This document shows positions 39,255 to 52,959 of a stretch of 56,216 nucleotides of DNA, in pieces. Within the stretch, counting starts at the first letter, position 1. The number at the start of each line of letters is the position of its first letter. Origin of the DNA: Octopus bimaculoides (taxonomy: Eukaryota); the NCBI RefSeq assembly GCF_001194135.2, contig NC_068981.1, positions 45,709,730 to 45,765,945 on the forward strand, in the 5' to 3' direction. Position numbers and translations under genes: made by a program. Below the pieces are notes generated by a model, which searched no databases, was not told the origin of the DNA, and saw only the letters and a list, made by a program, of their open reading frames with translations.

Positions 39255-40682
39255 CGTGTAACTGACAAGGCGATTTCAATTTAACCCTAGGCAACAAAGT
39301 AAGTGTCACAGATGACGATGAATTCAATCCAAAACGTCGATAAACTGACACTCTCGCTTGCTGTAGAGGCTATTGTCTCCCTTGACAGTCAGTAGGTAAG
39401 AGCGCTGTATGTGGCTTTGTGTGTTTTTAATTCCTACTAGTAATGCTGGTGCCAACGTACACTGTTAGTCGCTTCAGTGACTTTTGGCTTTTAAATTGTA
39501 ACTAGCCTCTTTAATTATTTATACAAATATTTCGGCATTTAGCCTGTCACTAAAAAATTTAACCGTTAAATATGTTCAGTAATAAAAGAAGTTGGATGTA
39601 TTTGACTTTCTCTAGAATTGAATTTGAATTTGGAACATGTTTGTGATTCGAGGAAAGGGACGGATCCTCAGGACACCAATATAGATTTATTACATAAGAT
39701 TTCACATTATGTCTGATTGCAAGAAAATATTTCTAACTAGATATATGCATCGTGATAATTGATATTTAAGGCACTGTGTTTACTTGCTTTTTCATTCTTC
39801 TAATTAAGTTATGTTTTGTTAGTACGCTATAGACATACACTGATGTTACTGTGTCGTTATACTATTTCTAACGGAAATTGTTGGATGTGGAAGATGTGCT
39901 AACATTATCAAAACCTTTGAGAAATAAGTTTCTTCTCTGGATTGTGCTTCTTTGTATCTAGCTATGTAGAACCTGGCTCTTTGATGGAAATTATTCACTG
40001 TAAATTCGGTGTTGGTAGAGATGCAGTTTTTGACTACTGAAAGTGTTTCAGTGTTTACTTTTATTTTATTGCCCAGTTAATTACTTCTTTCGGGATTCCG
40101 GATATTGAATAAGAAACACAATGACACAGCGTTTGCTAATATCTCTCAATACTGAATATTTTATTCACTTCTTTCAATACAAAAATAAATATTCCAATCA
40201 ATTAAACGTATGGGAAGTGTAAAAGCAAAGGAGGGAAATAACTAAAAAGTATGAAACTGATATTGCTCTATTTAACTCCAGTCTTCAAATCGTTTGGTGT
40301 GTTTAAGTTTCTTTAGAAAGAAACGAAAGGAAATGTTAAAAATAAAATAATTTTAAGGACGGAAATTTTCGATAAAATAAAACTTTGCCACTTAGCTTAT
40401 GGCTTCGATATCGTATCCCTTCAAAAAACGATTCTGTATTATCTCTTTTCTATTAATATTTGAAATAACTTGCACAACTGATTCTTGTTGATCATAATAA
40501 TATTTGAATGTTTTGACTTTCTGCACAAGGAGATATCGTTTTCACAGCTGCTTCAGTTTTTCCATATTTTGGATGTTAGGTGAATTAAATTTCAGATTTT
40601 CAGTTCTCAGCATTCGATCTTATAGTATGTTCTTAAAATTGATGCTCAATATGATGCTATCCTTTAAAAATATTTACTGGTG

Positions 40683-40720
40683 TTAGTCAATTGACCACGG
40701 CCATGCTGGAGCACCACCTT
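40683..40720 (-). mobile_element. 3' tail fragment of SINE family 2
   Basis: TTGACCACGGCCATGCTGGAGCACCACCTT matches the family 2 tail at about 43054-43085. Confidence 0.7.
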
Positions 40721-40920
40721 AAAATTAACAGTTTCACTTAGTGCTTCTCTGGATGACCGATTATGTAAATACTACTAGGTCTCTGATCAGAAGATATATG
40801 ATTCCCGAAAACTTACACAGCAAGATCACAAACTCTTTTTACTTTTCATTTTTCTTTCTCATATTTCATGCAATTAACAGAACTAACATATACTTAATAT
40901 TTAATTGTAAATACTGTTGC

Positions 40921-40923
<3 letters not shown>

Positions 40924-41004
<81 letters not shown>
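40924..41004. repeat. Long perfect (TA)n; other (TA)n tracts at about 3101-3133, 16379-16409, 29217-29263, 36319-36360, 39215-39249 and 42475-42507
   Basis: Read directly. Confidence 0.95.
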
Positions 41005-41006
<2 letters not shown>

Positions 41007-42469
41007 GTGTGTGTGTATGAGTATAACTATAAAGGGTAAAAATCAAATATTTTATACATGTTTATGTAATTTCATATGAACACAGATATATATACGTATA
41101 CCAATTATATAATTACCTTCCGGAAACTATTTTCATATTTTATGTCTTTTTAGCCCCAATAAGTTGTTGCAAATGAACATCATTTGTAATATTCATCCGT
41201 TTTCAAGTTTTGTTGAAACGTATATCACTGGAGTGAATATGCACTCTTGATAGAGCATTTTACACCTTTATAAATTTGCAATTTATCATTCACGCTTCGT
41301 TTATTTTTCATCTCAATGGTCAACCATACAAAAATATCCTCCCTTCCAACACCTTGAACATCACCTGGGAGCTGACATATTTTACGTTTCTTTTTACGTT
41401 TTTTTATTCTTTCCTTTTCTTTCGCACTGCTTTTTCTACATCTTAGTACTTACCTATAAATCCTGAACAACGAATCAGTTATCATGCACTTCATGTCCGT
41501 TCTAATGATCGGAACCATGCAACACGATAACCGGCTGTGAGATGACACCTATTACCATCATTATGTATTTGTGAGGATGTGTGTGCATTAGTGTGTGTGC
41601 ATGTGTGCCCACGTGTATATGTGTGACATTATGAGTGCAGGACATTAGATGTCAATATATGGATATATATATTTATATGCATATAAATATGCATCGATAC
41701 ACATATATATAGATATATGTTTCTATCGATACGCACACACACACACACACACATACATACACACACATTAACCAGAGTTGTGCCAAAATATTGACCCCTA
41801 TCACTCCTGATGGACTTGTATTGTGTTACATTTACTTCTATTCAGACGTACACTTATGTATTGCTTGGTTGTCCCCTGTTCGTCTGTTCTCTTTCTTTTA
41901 TATTTCGGTTCATTTTCCAGACAGCTCTTGCCGGTTGCACAACAAAGGAAACAATATTATCCTGAAAGGCACGAAACTGATTTTTACCCTCTAGCCGAGT
42001 TGGAGCCCTTCTGAGTCTGTTTACCGTTCATTTGTGCATTTACTCCATCTTTTATAGAATGGGGCATGCCAAAGCTACGCCGAAAGTGCTGTAAGATTAA
42101 ATTTTTGTTCATTCACAAATTCCTTATGTACTTTGTACGTTTATCTGTAAACCCGGTTGTCAAAATAATATGGTTTGTCATAAACACCTGTACGTTGTGA
42201 TTTTTTTTTGTCACTTTAGCTATGAATTAAGTTAATGAATACAACGGGATACACTGTCTGCAAGTCGTTGGGTTCAGCATACTATCCTCCATTTTATAAT
42301 TGATATATAAATTTGGTGTAACCTCCCCCTTTTACCCGCTCCGATTTACTGCACTTGGTATAACACTAGTTTAACAATAATTGGGTACCCTCCCAGGAGT
42401 ATATTGGATAGATACTATCCCTTACTGGGTTGAATCCTCAACCCCTAACTCTCTCGCATTATATGTTTA

Positions 42470-42513
<44 letters not shown>

Positions 42514-42906
42514 GTTCTATAAATATATATATATACACACATATATATGTACGTGTGTGTGTATGTATATTATGATATTAATATATATNNNNNNNNNNNN
42601 NNNNNNNNNNNNNNNNNNNNNNNNNNNNNNNNNNNNNNNNNNNNNNNNNNNNNNNNNNNNNNNNNNNNNNNNNNNNNNNNNNNNNNNNNNNNNNNNNNNN
42701 NNNNNNNNNNNNNNNNNNNNNNNNNNNNNNNNNNNNNNNNNNNNNNNNNNNNNNNNNNNNNNNNNNNNNNNNNNNNNNNNNNNNNNNNNNNNNNNNNNNN
42801 NNNNNNNNNNNNNNNNNNNNNNNNNNNNNNNNNNNNNNNNNNNNNNNNNNNNNNNNNNNNNNNNNNNNNNNNNNNNNNNNNNNNNNNNNNNNNNNNNNNN
42901 NNNNNN

Positions 42907-42940
<34 letters not shown>

Positions 42941-43039
42941 GATAGCGAGGGAAAGTGAGAGGTATTCACATTTATAGACGTACACATATAACGTCTGGTA
43001 TGTTCACACAAAAACAGAGACATTCTTTTATTTTTTCTT

Positions 43040-43391
43040 TAATTTCTTCGGTCACTTGACTGAGGCCATGCTGGAGTACCGCCTTTAGTCGAACAAATTG
43101 ACGCCAGGACTTTGTAACCACGGTAATTATTCTATCGGTCTCCTTTGCCGAACTACTAAGTTAATGTGATCAAAATACACCAACATCGGTTGTCTAGCGA
43201 TGGTGGGGGTACAAACACAGACACACAGACCCACGCTTATATATATATATATATATATATACGACGGGCTTCATTCAGTTTGCGTCTACCCCAGGCTATA
43301 GTAGAATGCTCTTGCTCAAGTTGCCACGTAGTCGGACTGAACCGGAAACATGTGGTAAGCAGGCTACTTACCACATAGCCACACCTGCGCC
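43040..43391 (-). mobile_element. Near full-length tRNA-derived SINE, family 2
   Basis: The minus-strand head GGCGCAGGTGTGGCTATGTGG contains an A box, followed by a GGTTCAGTCC B box. An internal (TA)n/(TG)n and a tail shared with 31087-31445 follow. Confidence 0.85.
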
Positions 43392-44237
43392 TAACGTCTA
43401 AGCATATATAAAATATAAACACCATTTCACATGACATATGGATCATTAACGCATTTCAAAGCTGGATCTGCCGACGAAATACTTGCGATTCTAAATAATA
43501 TGTATTAGAGAGTTCATATTACGATACGAGTACAGATTGTGACTACAAACAAGTAAGTAATCGTTTTTCTTTTCACAAAACATCCTTTATTCTTGATGAT
43601 GAACCATTCGATGAAACGCTGTGTGGTATATAGTCCCTTCCTTAATGTGTAAATTTATTTCTGTCATTTCTTTTAAATTTTCCGTTTTCAAATATTTTAG
43701 ACCTTTTAATGTTCCACTTGTTACCTGCTGCTTAATTATATCCTCATTATTATTAAGTGCGCTAATGTTAGGAATGTCAGGATTGTTTTTACGTGATCTA
43801 TCCCACAGAGGCTTACGTGATTGCATTACTAAATTAATTTATTTCATGTTCGTTAATGAAAATCTTATTGCGTTTAAAAAATTCTTTCCTAAGTTTAATC
43901 CTAACCACAATTAAATGAATTGTTCATTTTCAGCTTAATTATTTTGTGTTTCTTTGTTTCATCTTTTTCCTCTAGACATTTCTCCCTAACATTTAAACGT
44001 TCACGTGGAAAAAAGAGCAAAAAAAAAAGGAAAGATAATTGACCTTTTAATCATTAAAATGTGTTGCACGCATGTGCATTATTTTTCAATTCATTACATT
44101 TAAATTCCTATAATTTCATAACTTAATAACGTAAATATTGCATATTTTCTATGTAATCATACATACGTACATACACCTCCCTCTCTCTCTACCTTTATTT
44201 TCTCTCTCTCTCTCTCACTACATATACATAGATATAT

Positions 44238-44275
<38 letters not shown>

Positions 44276-44616
44276 GTATGTTTGTGTGTTTGTGGGGTAG
44301 ATGTATATGCTACTTTAAGAGTTATACAAGAAAACATAATGAACAATTGTTTCAGATAATTTTAGACGTTGACCGAAAATTTTAATCAATATTCCAATGT
44401 TTTATATGCATTTACTGAATTTCGTTCTCACAGTTTCTTCAATGTTTCCTTTATATTGAAATGCGTACTACCTGCAGTATTACAGTTTGTAAATCTATGG
44501 CATTTGGATACGATGATTATAGTCTGTTCTCTTTGCGGTAATACAAGTGCTGCTCCAACCACAATTATAAGTGAATAGTTTTAGCAATTCTCAGACTGTA
44601 TGTGTGTGTGCTTGTG

Positions 44617-44647
<31 letters not shown>

Positions 44648-45799
44648 ATATGTTTGCATGTGTGTGAGAGTATCTCTGTGTGTGTGTTTTTGTGCGTGTG
44701 TGAATGTGTTTGTGTTTGTGTGTGCCGTTGTCTGTGTGAAGTACAATATAAATATGCAATAAAATTTGAAACCATAAATGCCAGTTGTAGATAAGATGAT
44801 GTTTCATTATAAACTGCGAGACAGACAAAAAAAAAGACAGACAAGGCTATGCAGTGTCTTTAATAAAGAAAAGGGTATTAAGGAGAAAAATTTGCAAAGA
44901 AATTACAGAAACATTAAGAGACTGATTCAGAGAATAAAAGAAAAATGTTTTCACGTATGTCTGTCTGTGTATCAACGTGCATATAGATAAGAGGGAGAAG
45001 AAATACAGAGGGAAAATATGTGTACATACTAAAGAATATAGAATGAGAGAGCAAAATAAATAAGTAGATAATATCATTGCTTTCTACTGACATGGAAAGT
45101 GAAAGTAAGTTAGAGTGGAAGAGGGAGAATGATTAAGAGTGAGAACTAAAAAAAATAGTGAAATACGCTAACAAGTGTATTATTAGGTCAAATCAATAAA
45201 TTTGTCAGACAATAAATATTGATGTTCATTTTGTGAACATTTTGTGAAAATTGTATATTTTTAACTTCTGGCAATTATTTAAACAAAATAACACATTTAA
45301 ATTTTATTTGCCCTCTTGTTTTCATCACTTCTTTCAATAAGATAATGATCGGTGAACCTATACATATTGTCAAATAATTTACATACTAGAAACTTTGCTT
45401 AAAATTATAATTAACAAAATTTTACTTCCATTGTATAATTAGCCTGTTTGACATTATCTATATTAATTTTCTGCGACAAGGTTATTTGACCTTCATACAT
45501 CCTCTCCTTTCACTTATATTACATACAAGTAAACTTTGTATATCCATTTTGCTATTTTCAAATGTAAACGTTTATTTTAAGTCTATTTTTTTTCTCCTGC
45601 ATCTTATCATTCAATCACGAAAATAGGCATGCACTGAGATACACAATTTATAATTATTTTTTCAGTTGTACTGGGTATATAATAATGTCAACTGAATCAG
45701 GGAGATAAAACTGTTTTTAGGACATGATTTTGATATGTTTGGTCTAATATTCTAACATCTATAGACGTACATAAAAATTACACACGTACACACTCACAG

Positions 45800-46625
45800 C
45801 CGCATTTCTCTCAATGCTCTCATCTGTCATTAAAAGAACTCCAACAATCAATGAACAACTGTTGTATGTCCTACCATAGTTTTTTATAGCAAACATCAAG
45901 AAAACAAAATCCTAGCATTGCCAGCTCCAAATGCCATCTAACTAATCAAACGAGTCTTCAACAACAATGATCTGAACTTAATAAAACATTATTGTACATG
46001 AGTGTGTTGTCCTTTCAACCTTGCTGTATGACAGCAAAATCTGGAATGCATATCGCTCCAACAATCACGAATTAGAACGCGTTCATTAGCAAATGCGTTG
46101 TTCAGTCTTGAATATTAAATGGGAAAAATATGGGACAAAGAACATATTCCTGGAAAGATCAACAAAGTATCTAATCGCTGATCATCAAACAGCGTTTTTA
46201 TGTTCAGCACGTATAGTAAGAATAGAAGAATCAAGGTTCCCACGTCAAATCTTTTTTAGCGTGCTCACTTCAGGGAAAAAACGACGGAGTTGCCCTCTTT
46301 AAAATTCCAAGTTCCATCTCAAAATAAGACTGAAGCCCACCGGACTTGAGCCTAAATAGTTTGAAACCCAAGCCAAATGTCCAAGACTGCACCAACTGCC
46401 GGTGTTCCACCACAATCAACAAAAAAAAACCCTCTTCGAGGCTACTAGAATAGAAAAGGGAGACATCAAACAAGAGAGAATGGCTTCCCAAAATCAAATT
46501 CTTCCTCTCCGGGTATTACCATGCAGCCAATGAAATCGACTCTCCCATGAAGAATTGGTGTACTTAGTCATCAAAACCATTACCGTAAAGGAAGCGATCA
46601 GGAAAGAAATCAAATTCTTGGATAC
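45800..46625 (+). mobile_element. RTE-clade LINE 3' region (decayed RT C-terminus and zinc-finger-like tail)
   Basis: Reads CVLSFQPCC..KIWNAY..ELERVH..SVLNIKWE..IFLERS..RIVRIEESRFPRQIFFSVLTSGKKRRSCPL..LKPTGL..RIGVLSHQ across frames. This matches the RTE pattern (ILxIxWxD, P.Q...EL..G.R..G.P, RIGL.SH). Confidence 0.82.
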
Positions 46626-47469
46626 GAGATAAAACCGACCACACACACATGCATATATATCAAATTCTAGAGAAACTCATAAAACTAGTATATATCATTT
46701 GTTAGGTACAGACATTTCATTATTGTGGTTATTTACACCCACTGCATTTGATATTTGAAAAGAAATTGGATGCTCAGTTACCAGGGATCATACAAAATTG
46801 TGGCACGAGAAGGTTAAGGGTGGCTGTGAATTTCGGGTTTGTCCCCAGTCAACTTACTGTCGGTAACTGACGTTTCTTTTTCTGCTTTTATACAATTATT
46901 TACTGTTGTTTTGATAACAATTCTTCGCTGACTAAATTTATTCCTTTCAGAGTCTAGCTTCATTTTCTCCACATATTGCGAGCTAGTTCATAATATAATA
47001 TACATAATTTTCTCACAGATTACTTACTCCCACCAATCCGTCGAGATCATTGGGTTGGATTCCAGATTATCTAGAGTTTATCCATTTCTTTATGATGGAT
47101 AAACTGGCATATGTTGTAGCATTATAGATATGAGTTTCCAAATCTAAATTGTAAGATATGCAAATAAATGTCAATAACAGAAATAAGCAGAGACTAAGGA
47201 ATAAAATGTGAAGAACTCATAAACTACAAGTCGATAAACTGTGGATAAACTGGGGAATGTACAGGATTCCGTTATGAGAAGAAATAGAGAGATGATGGTA
47301 AGGGCAATGTGGAAGCATAGCGTTTAAGGAGGAAGTGATTGCAAGGAATTTTAGGTAACGAGATAATATTTCCTAGAAATTGTACTTGCACATGGAAATT
47401 ACACCAGAGAATCAATTGAGGAGGGAGATGTCGTTCTAGCGTAGTTTACTGAGTGACAACGCAATTTAT

Positions 47470-49140
47470 AAGGTAGGGTGATCCCCATGTAGGGAACTCT
47501 ACCAGAAACATTGCACCCGGACAGAATATGTTGTATAACAATTTCCTTTCTGAGATGGATATGTGTGGCGGGGGAGTTAAAGTTTTCCTAGTACTAATTG
47601 TCCGAGACGCGTAAGATAACGACACATCATCAATCGTGCTATGAATATAAACTGCAGCGTAGTTGGTCCATGTGCTAGTAACGGTACAGTTATACACAAC
47701 GTAGTAGTGTAACCAATTGAACTTCGAAGAGCAGCACTTTGCATATCGTATTTATGTGTTCTAGATGGTACCGTATTTAGCGCATGTGGGTCATTATATT
47801 TAGCATGATTGCTTGTCCTATGAGTGCAGACAGGAATACCAATGTCACTGCTATGAAGATGGGGAAATTTGACAAAATTAGGGAGATAGAAATCAAACGT
47901 ATTGCTATTACTAATACTGGTGTTAATGGTATTCTCGCTGGAATAATGATCATTATATTACTGGCATCAACATTAATATCATGAATAATAATATTAAGCA
48001 GATTATAAGTGTTGTTGGTTTGAGTACTAATCTTGGTATTTTTGCATTCAGGTATGTACATATCTTAGAGGTGTGTACTGCTTTCCGTTTTCGTTACTTG
48101 CATAATAGAATCTCTGTCAGTAACACAAGTAGTGGACTGCATAATGTCAATAAAGTGGAAAGTCAAGTTGGGTTTAAAAGGGACGTTATAGTTATGAGGA
48201 CCTAATATTTATAATTTGATGTTCAGGCATCTTTTGGGAGTACAGGAAATCGCCTCGGAATATCTGCTAAAATTTTGAGGGACGTGATTGTTAAAATTGA
48301 ACTCATTAGTAGTGAGTTGGGAGGTTCTAATTTAAATGCTTTGACCATATTGTTTTAAAATGATTAAGGACGATTAGTTTGGATATAAATATTTTAAAGG
48401 AATTCATCAAGATATATTAGATTCGAAGTCGAGAAACACAACAGATACGTTGCCTACATTAGTGCTATTAAGAGAGTTTTTCGGGTGCTTTTGATGCCGG
48501 ATTTCAAGTATAAAATCGAGCATCATTCCTATATTGATACCTGATGTACCCTGAACAGTTCTTTTAATTTTAAAGAAGATGAAGAAATCGTCTTAATGAG
48601 GTCATTACGATCTCCAAGCTGATAGTAGTGAAATTGTGGGACCACCATTTGTTGTTAGAGGATAGGATTGCTTCTCTTGACGTCAAAGTTAGTAACGATG
48701 TTGGAGTGAATGACGCGTGCGAGGTTCTTAACAAATATTAAGACTCTGTTTTGGAGAACAGAGAAGACTAAGAAAATGATTCAAGATATCAAAATTGTGG
48801 TGAAAGTTCTTAGCTTTGTTAGGGAGACGGTGGAATCACGTGACCCAAAGAAGAGTTTCTCTTTTTCTATTGGCGTAATTCTAACATGATATGTATTAAG
48901 TCAAATTCAGTGTAACAAACATGTCTAATACTGGGCGTATGAGAAAGATTCGGATGAAAGTGTTTCGTAGTGTCGTAGTGGAGTTTTAGCGTATTGGGGC
49001 CAGTCGTAACAAGTATTCCAAATCTTGAAACCATTTACTCTGGTGGTCATAAGTATATTCAAGATAGCTACATCGGGATTACTTTTTAGTTCCTTAATGC
49101 ACATATAAAATGAAAGAGCGTACATGTGTCCAGTTTTGTC
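47470..49140 (-). mobile_element. Highly decayed L1/Tx1-like RT region
   Basis: Collinear motif remnants on the minus strand: SREAIL..NFTTISL (near NxRPISL), SVVFLDFES (near LDFEKAFD) and a QGDPLSP-like nucleotide remnant at about 48240-48265. Many stops. Confidence 0.35.
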
Positions 49141-50749
49141 TGAGATTACTATTATATTTGGAAACTCAAAAAAATTAGATATAATCTAAGAGTGTTCCTT
49201 CTGAAAAGCATTTGTTAACTTTATGCAACAAGGCATTGAATATTATTGTTTAAGATAAGACAAACGTCCTTCTGTCTTGCTCACATTCTTATGTTTCTTC
49301 CTTGGTGGCATCATCTTATGTCTTCTTAGCACTAACCCGACTTTCGTAAACTTTACTTTTTCTTCTTTTCCAACTTTTATTTCTATGTTTTTCTTTCTTT
49401 GACCTACATCCAGGACTCCGATTGAAAGTATATGTTTTTAAAACTTGCTCTTCACTATGCTATTTGTTAGAATTTTCCAATGATGATTTCGCCCGACAGA
49501 GCTATAAAAATTACTGATGCATAATCATATTTTGGAAACGTATTCGTTTATCACGCTATGTACAAATACATTCAAGAATATTTGATGCTATTACGCCTTT
49601 ATATTTGAACGAGATATCTGTACGTAAAATATTTCATATTATTGCTTCAAATTAGATCTTATCTAAGTGGATTTGCAAGAGCTAATTATGAAAATCTGCT
49701 ACTGAACTAGGGGTAAATAAAATATTCAATTATTATTAAAATAGAAGCTAAAATTTCACTCTATTTCAATTCATGCTCGTGTTTAATTCCTAAATTTCCT
49801 GATCTTTCAATTAACTATTCCTGACTTAGCGAATAAAACAAATATCTTTATCAAAAGTGCGAAATGAACACACACACGTTCACACACATACATACAGTGT
49901 TTCACTAGCGTTGCATTAGTCCAGGATAGATAATTTATGATTGCATAAATTGCGTATATGTACCGTAAATAATAGACAAGCATAATCTTCATTGTAAACA
50001 AGCTTAATTTTGAATAAATATGGTAATCCTCTTTTAATTAAATGAATCAACAAAGAAAGGAATCATGAAATACCTCCCGGGATATTTCACGATCTATGAA
50101 ATTGAGAATTAATTTCTAAAAATATAGTTAAAAAGAAAACAATAGCAATTGTGTTTGTAAATGTTACNNNNNNNNNNNNNNNNNNNNNNNNNNNNNNNNN
50201 NNNNNNNNNNNNNNNNNNNNNNNNNNNNNNNNNNNNNNNNNNNNNNNNNNNNNNNNNNNNNNNNNNNNNNNNNNNNNNNNNNNNNNNNNNNNNNNNNNNN
50301 NNNNNNNNNNNNNNNNNNNNNNNNNNNNNNNNNNNNNNNNNNNNNNNNNNNNNNNNNNNNNNNNNNNNNNNNNNNNNNNNNNNNNNNNNNNNNNNNNNNN
50401 NNNNNNNNNNNNNNNNNNNNNNNNNNNNNNNNNNNNNNNNNNNNNNNNNNNNNNNNNNNNNNNNNNNNNNNNNNNNNNNNNNNNNNNNNNNNNNNNNNNN
50501 NNNNNNNNNNNNNNNNNNNNNNNNNNNNNNNNNNNNNNNNNNNNNNNNNNNNNNNNNNNNNNNNNNNNNNNNNNNNNNNNNNNNNNNNNNNNNNNNNNNN
50601 NNNNNNNNNNNNNNNNNNNNNNNNNNNNNNNNNNNNNNNNNNNNNNNNNNNNNNNNNNNNNNNNNNNNNNNNNNNNNNNNNNNNNNNNNNNNNNNNNNNN
50701 NNNNNNNNNNNNNNNNNNNNNNNNNNNNTATATACATATATATATATAT

Positions 50750-51079
50750 CGGAAGAACCCTTCGGTCATGAATGAACATGGGATTGCATCTAGAAAGTTA
50801 CCCTCGGAGGCACAAGTCCGGGCAAGATTATATGTGGAAGGCCAGCAGTCAACCATTCATACCAGTCTCCCCTCTCCATACCACTGAGGTTATACAAGGC
50901 AAAGGCAGAGACCGATAGAGCTTGGCACCAGTGATGTTAACAGGAGCAAGTGAGATAACTAGAGCAACATGAAATACCGTGTCTCGCTTAAGAACACAAC
51001 ACGCAGCTCAGTCCGGGAATCGAACTCACACACTCACGATCATAAGCTCCACGCTCTAATCACTTAGCCATGCGTCTGC
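50750..51079 (-). mobile_element. tRNA-derived SINE, family 3
   Basis: The minus-strand head GCAGACGCATGGCTAAGTGATTAG is A-box-like, and a GAGTTCGATTCCC B box lies at 51027-51015. The copy is flanked by (TA)n on both sides. Confidence 0.8.
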
Positions 51080-52818
51080 ATATATATATATATATATATA
51101 TANNNNNNNNNNNNNNNNNNNNNNNNNNNNNNNNNNNNNNNNNNNNNNNNNNNNNNNNNNNNNNNNNNNNNNNNNNNNNNNNNNNNNNNNNNNNNNNNNN
51201 NNNNNNNNNNNNNNNNNNNNNNNNNNNNNNNNNNNNNNNNNNNNNNNNNNNNNNNNNNNNNNNNNNNNNNNNNNNNNNNNNNNNNNNNNNNNNNNNNNNN
51301 NNNNNNNNNATATATATATATATATATATATATAACATATGGGCCTTGTCTTATGTAAACCATTAGGAGGGTGTAAGAAAATAACAATGTGTAATCGTTC
51401 TGTTCTGTAAAACATTTTACAATACTAATAATTGAAATGGTTTTTATTGCAATATCAATTTTTAAAAAAATAACGACATGATACTAAAGATCTTATCTTC
51501 ATTTGCAATCTCTGCCCATTTGATATCGTTTTATCACGATAAATCTTTGTGAAATATGTTGTGAATACGCTTTTGTTTTATTTCCCCCTAAATTTTCATT
51601 TCCTTTGGTTTTACTGTTATCTGCTTTGACGTATCTTTTTGCCTATCAAGAAGGAGTATCACGTTTATGATTTTCTCTCTCATATACGAACTATTTTATT
51701 TGTTGAATTCAGAAACCAGTTTTTCTGGAGCTGTGTGCTAAGTAATATTTATGGCCCCATTACTATTCATAATGTTAGCTCTTATCTATAGAATTTCATT
51801 TATGAAATAAATTGTTTTACTACTCAAATTGAATCCTTACTATTAATTATTCTTCATATAAGTAGCACTTAACATGGTAAAATGCTGAACAAATTTTTTA
51901 AAAGTCATGTAAAAAACATGGATTACGATGCTGGCCAAATGTGGATACACTGAAAAAAATCGATTGCAAATTGATGAAAAAGAAGTAGGTTTCTGTTGGT
52001 GTGGTCTCTCGCCGTTATTACGTTTGTTTTTTGTACAAATATCAAAGGTTGTGGAAATTAGTAAAGATATTACATCGGTATTGATAATGAACAAATTAAA
52101 GCACCGGTTCTCCTCAATTTCTAATTCGTAAGAAAAAAAAATTGAAATACTACTTATTTTTACGTGTTATTCGTTTTCCACTTTTGCTATTCAAGACAGG
52201 GTTTTACTTCTTGATTGCGTAAAAGATTCTGAAATTTTCTGAAGGAATATTAATGTATATTTCTTATTATTATTATCTTGGCGTATCTATTATTAGACTT
52301 TTACAAGCAAAGGGTTGGTAGTCACCTAGTCGTTGTGGCTTCCGAGACTTCGCCAGAATGACGACGGATTCTTAAGATTATACGAAACCAAAACGTCGGA
52401 GTCATCACTGTCACCACTACCTCTTATAAATGCATAATAAATACGTACTATACTAAAAAACCTTTCAGTAATTCTTTGAGAAAGCATATCTCTTACAGAT
52501 GTTGACCACAAGTGAGCAGAGTTTAAAAAACGTAACTATTGTGATATACAGAATTGTATTTTGATATAATGCTAACACACACGCGCGCGCGCATGTGTGT
52601 ACGTGTATGTGTTTGTGCGTGTGAGTGTGATTTGATGTGTTCATATCTAAAATATGTGCGGTATCTGAGACGCGTATATAAATTCAAATTGCAAATCATG
52701 TTTGCTTTAACTTTCATCTTTACGTGATCAAAACTGAATACAAGTCAAATATTCTGTGCTAATATACAATCATGCTCTCTCACCTGTGAAAGATTTTCCT
52801 TTATATTTGAAACAAATC

Positions 52819-52820
<2 letters not shown>

Positions 52821-52850
<30 letters not shown>

Positions 52851-52877
52851 CTTCTTCTTCTTCTTCTTCTTCTTCTT

Positions 52878-52957
<80 letters not shown>
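52821..52957. repeat. Compound microsatellite (CTT)n-(ATT)n
   Basis: Read directly: CTT about 52821-52906, ATT about 52907-52957. Confidence 0.97.

Positions 52958-52959
<2 letters not shown>

Larger units (their letters stand above)
6097..51309. other. Assembly gaps (N-runs): 6097-6274, 7880-8620, 9083-9092, 12867-13165, 16059-16181, 42589-42906, 50168-50728, 51103-51309
   Basis: Read directly; most gaps abut (TA)n, (CA)n or (GA)n tracts. Confidence 0.98.

Noticed and set aside
43587-43826. 79-aa ORF MQSRKPLWDRSRK... with a faint MADF-like start
   Set aside because: The resemblance does not extend past about 6 residues.
48655-48730. Plus-strand frame DRIASLDVKV resembling a Penelope RT motif
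   Set aside because: No flanking PLE motifs on that strand; the minus-strand L1-like reading explains more collinear motifs.
50750-51079. tRNA genes suggested by A/B boxes here and at 4765, 19193 and 43391
   Set aside because: The boxes sit in SINE heads with non-tRNA bodies, and no full cloverleaf can be drawn.
5930-51415. Long ORFs containing X runs
   Set aside because: Artefacts of N-gaps.
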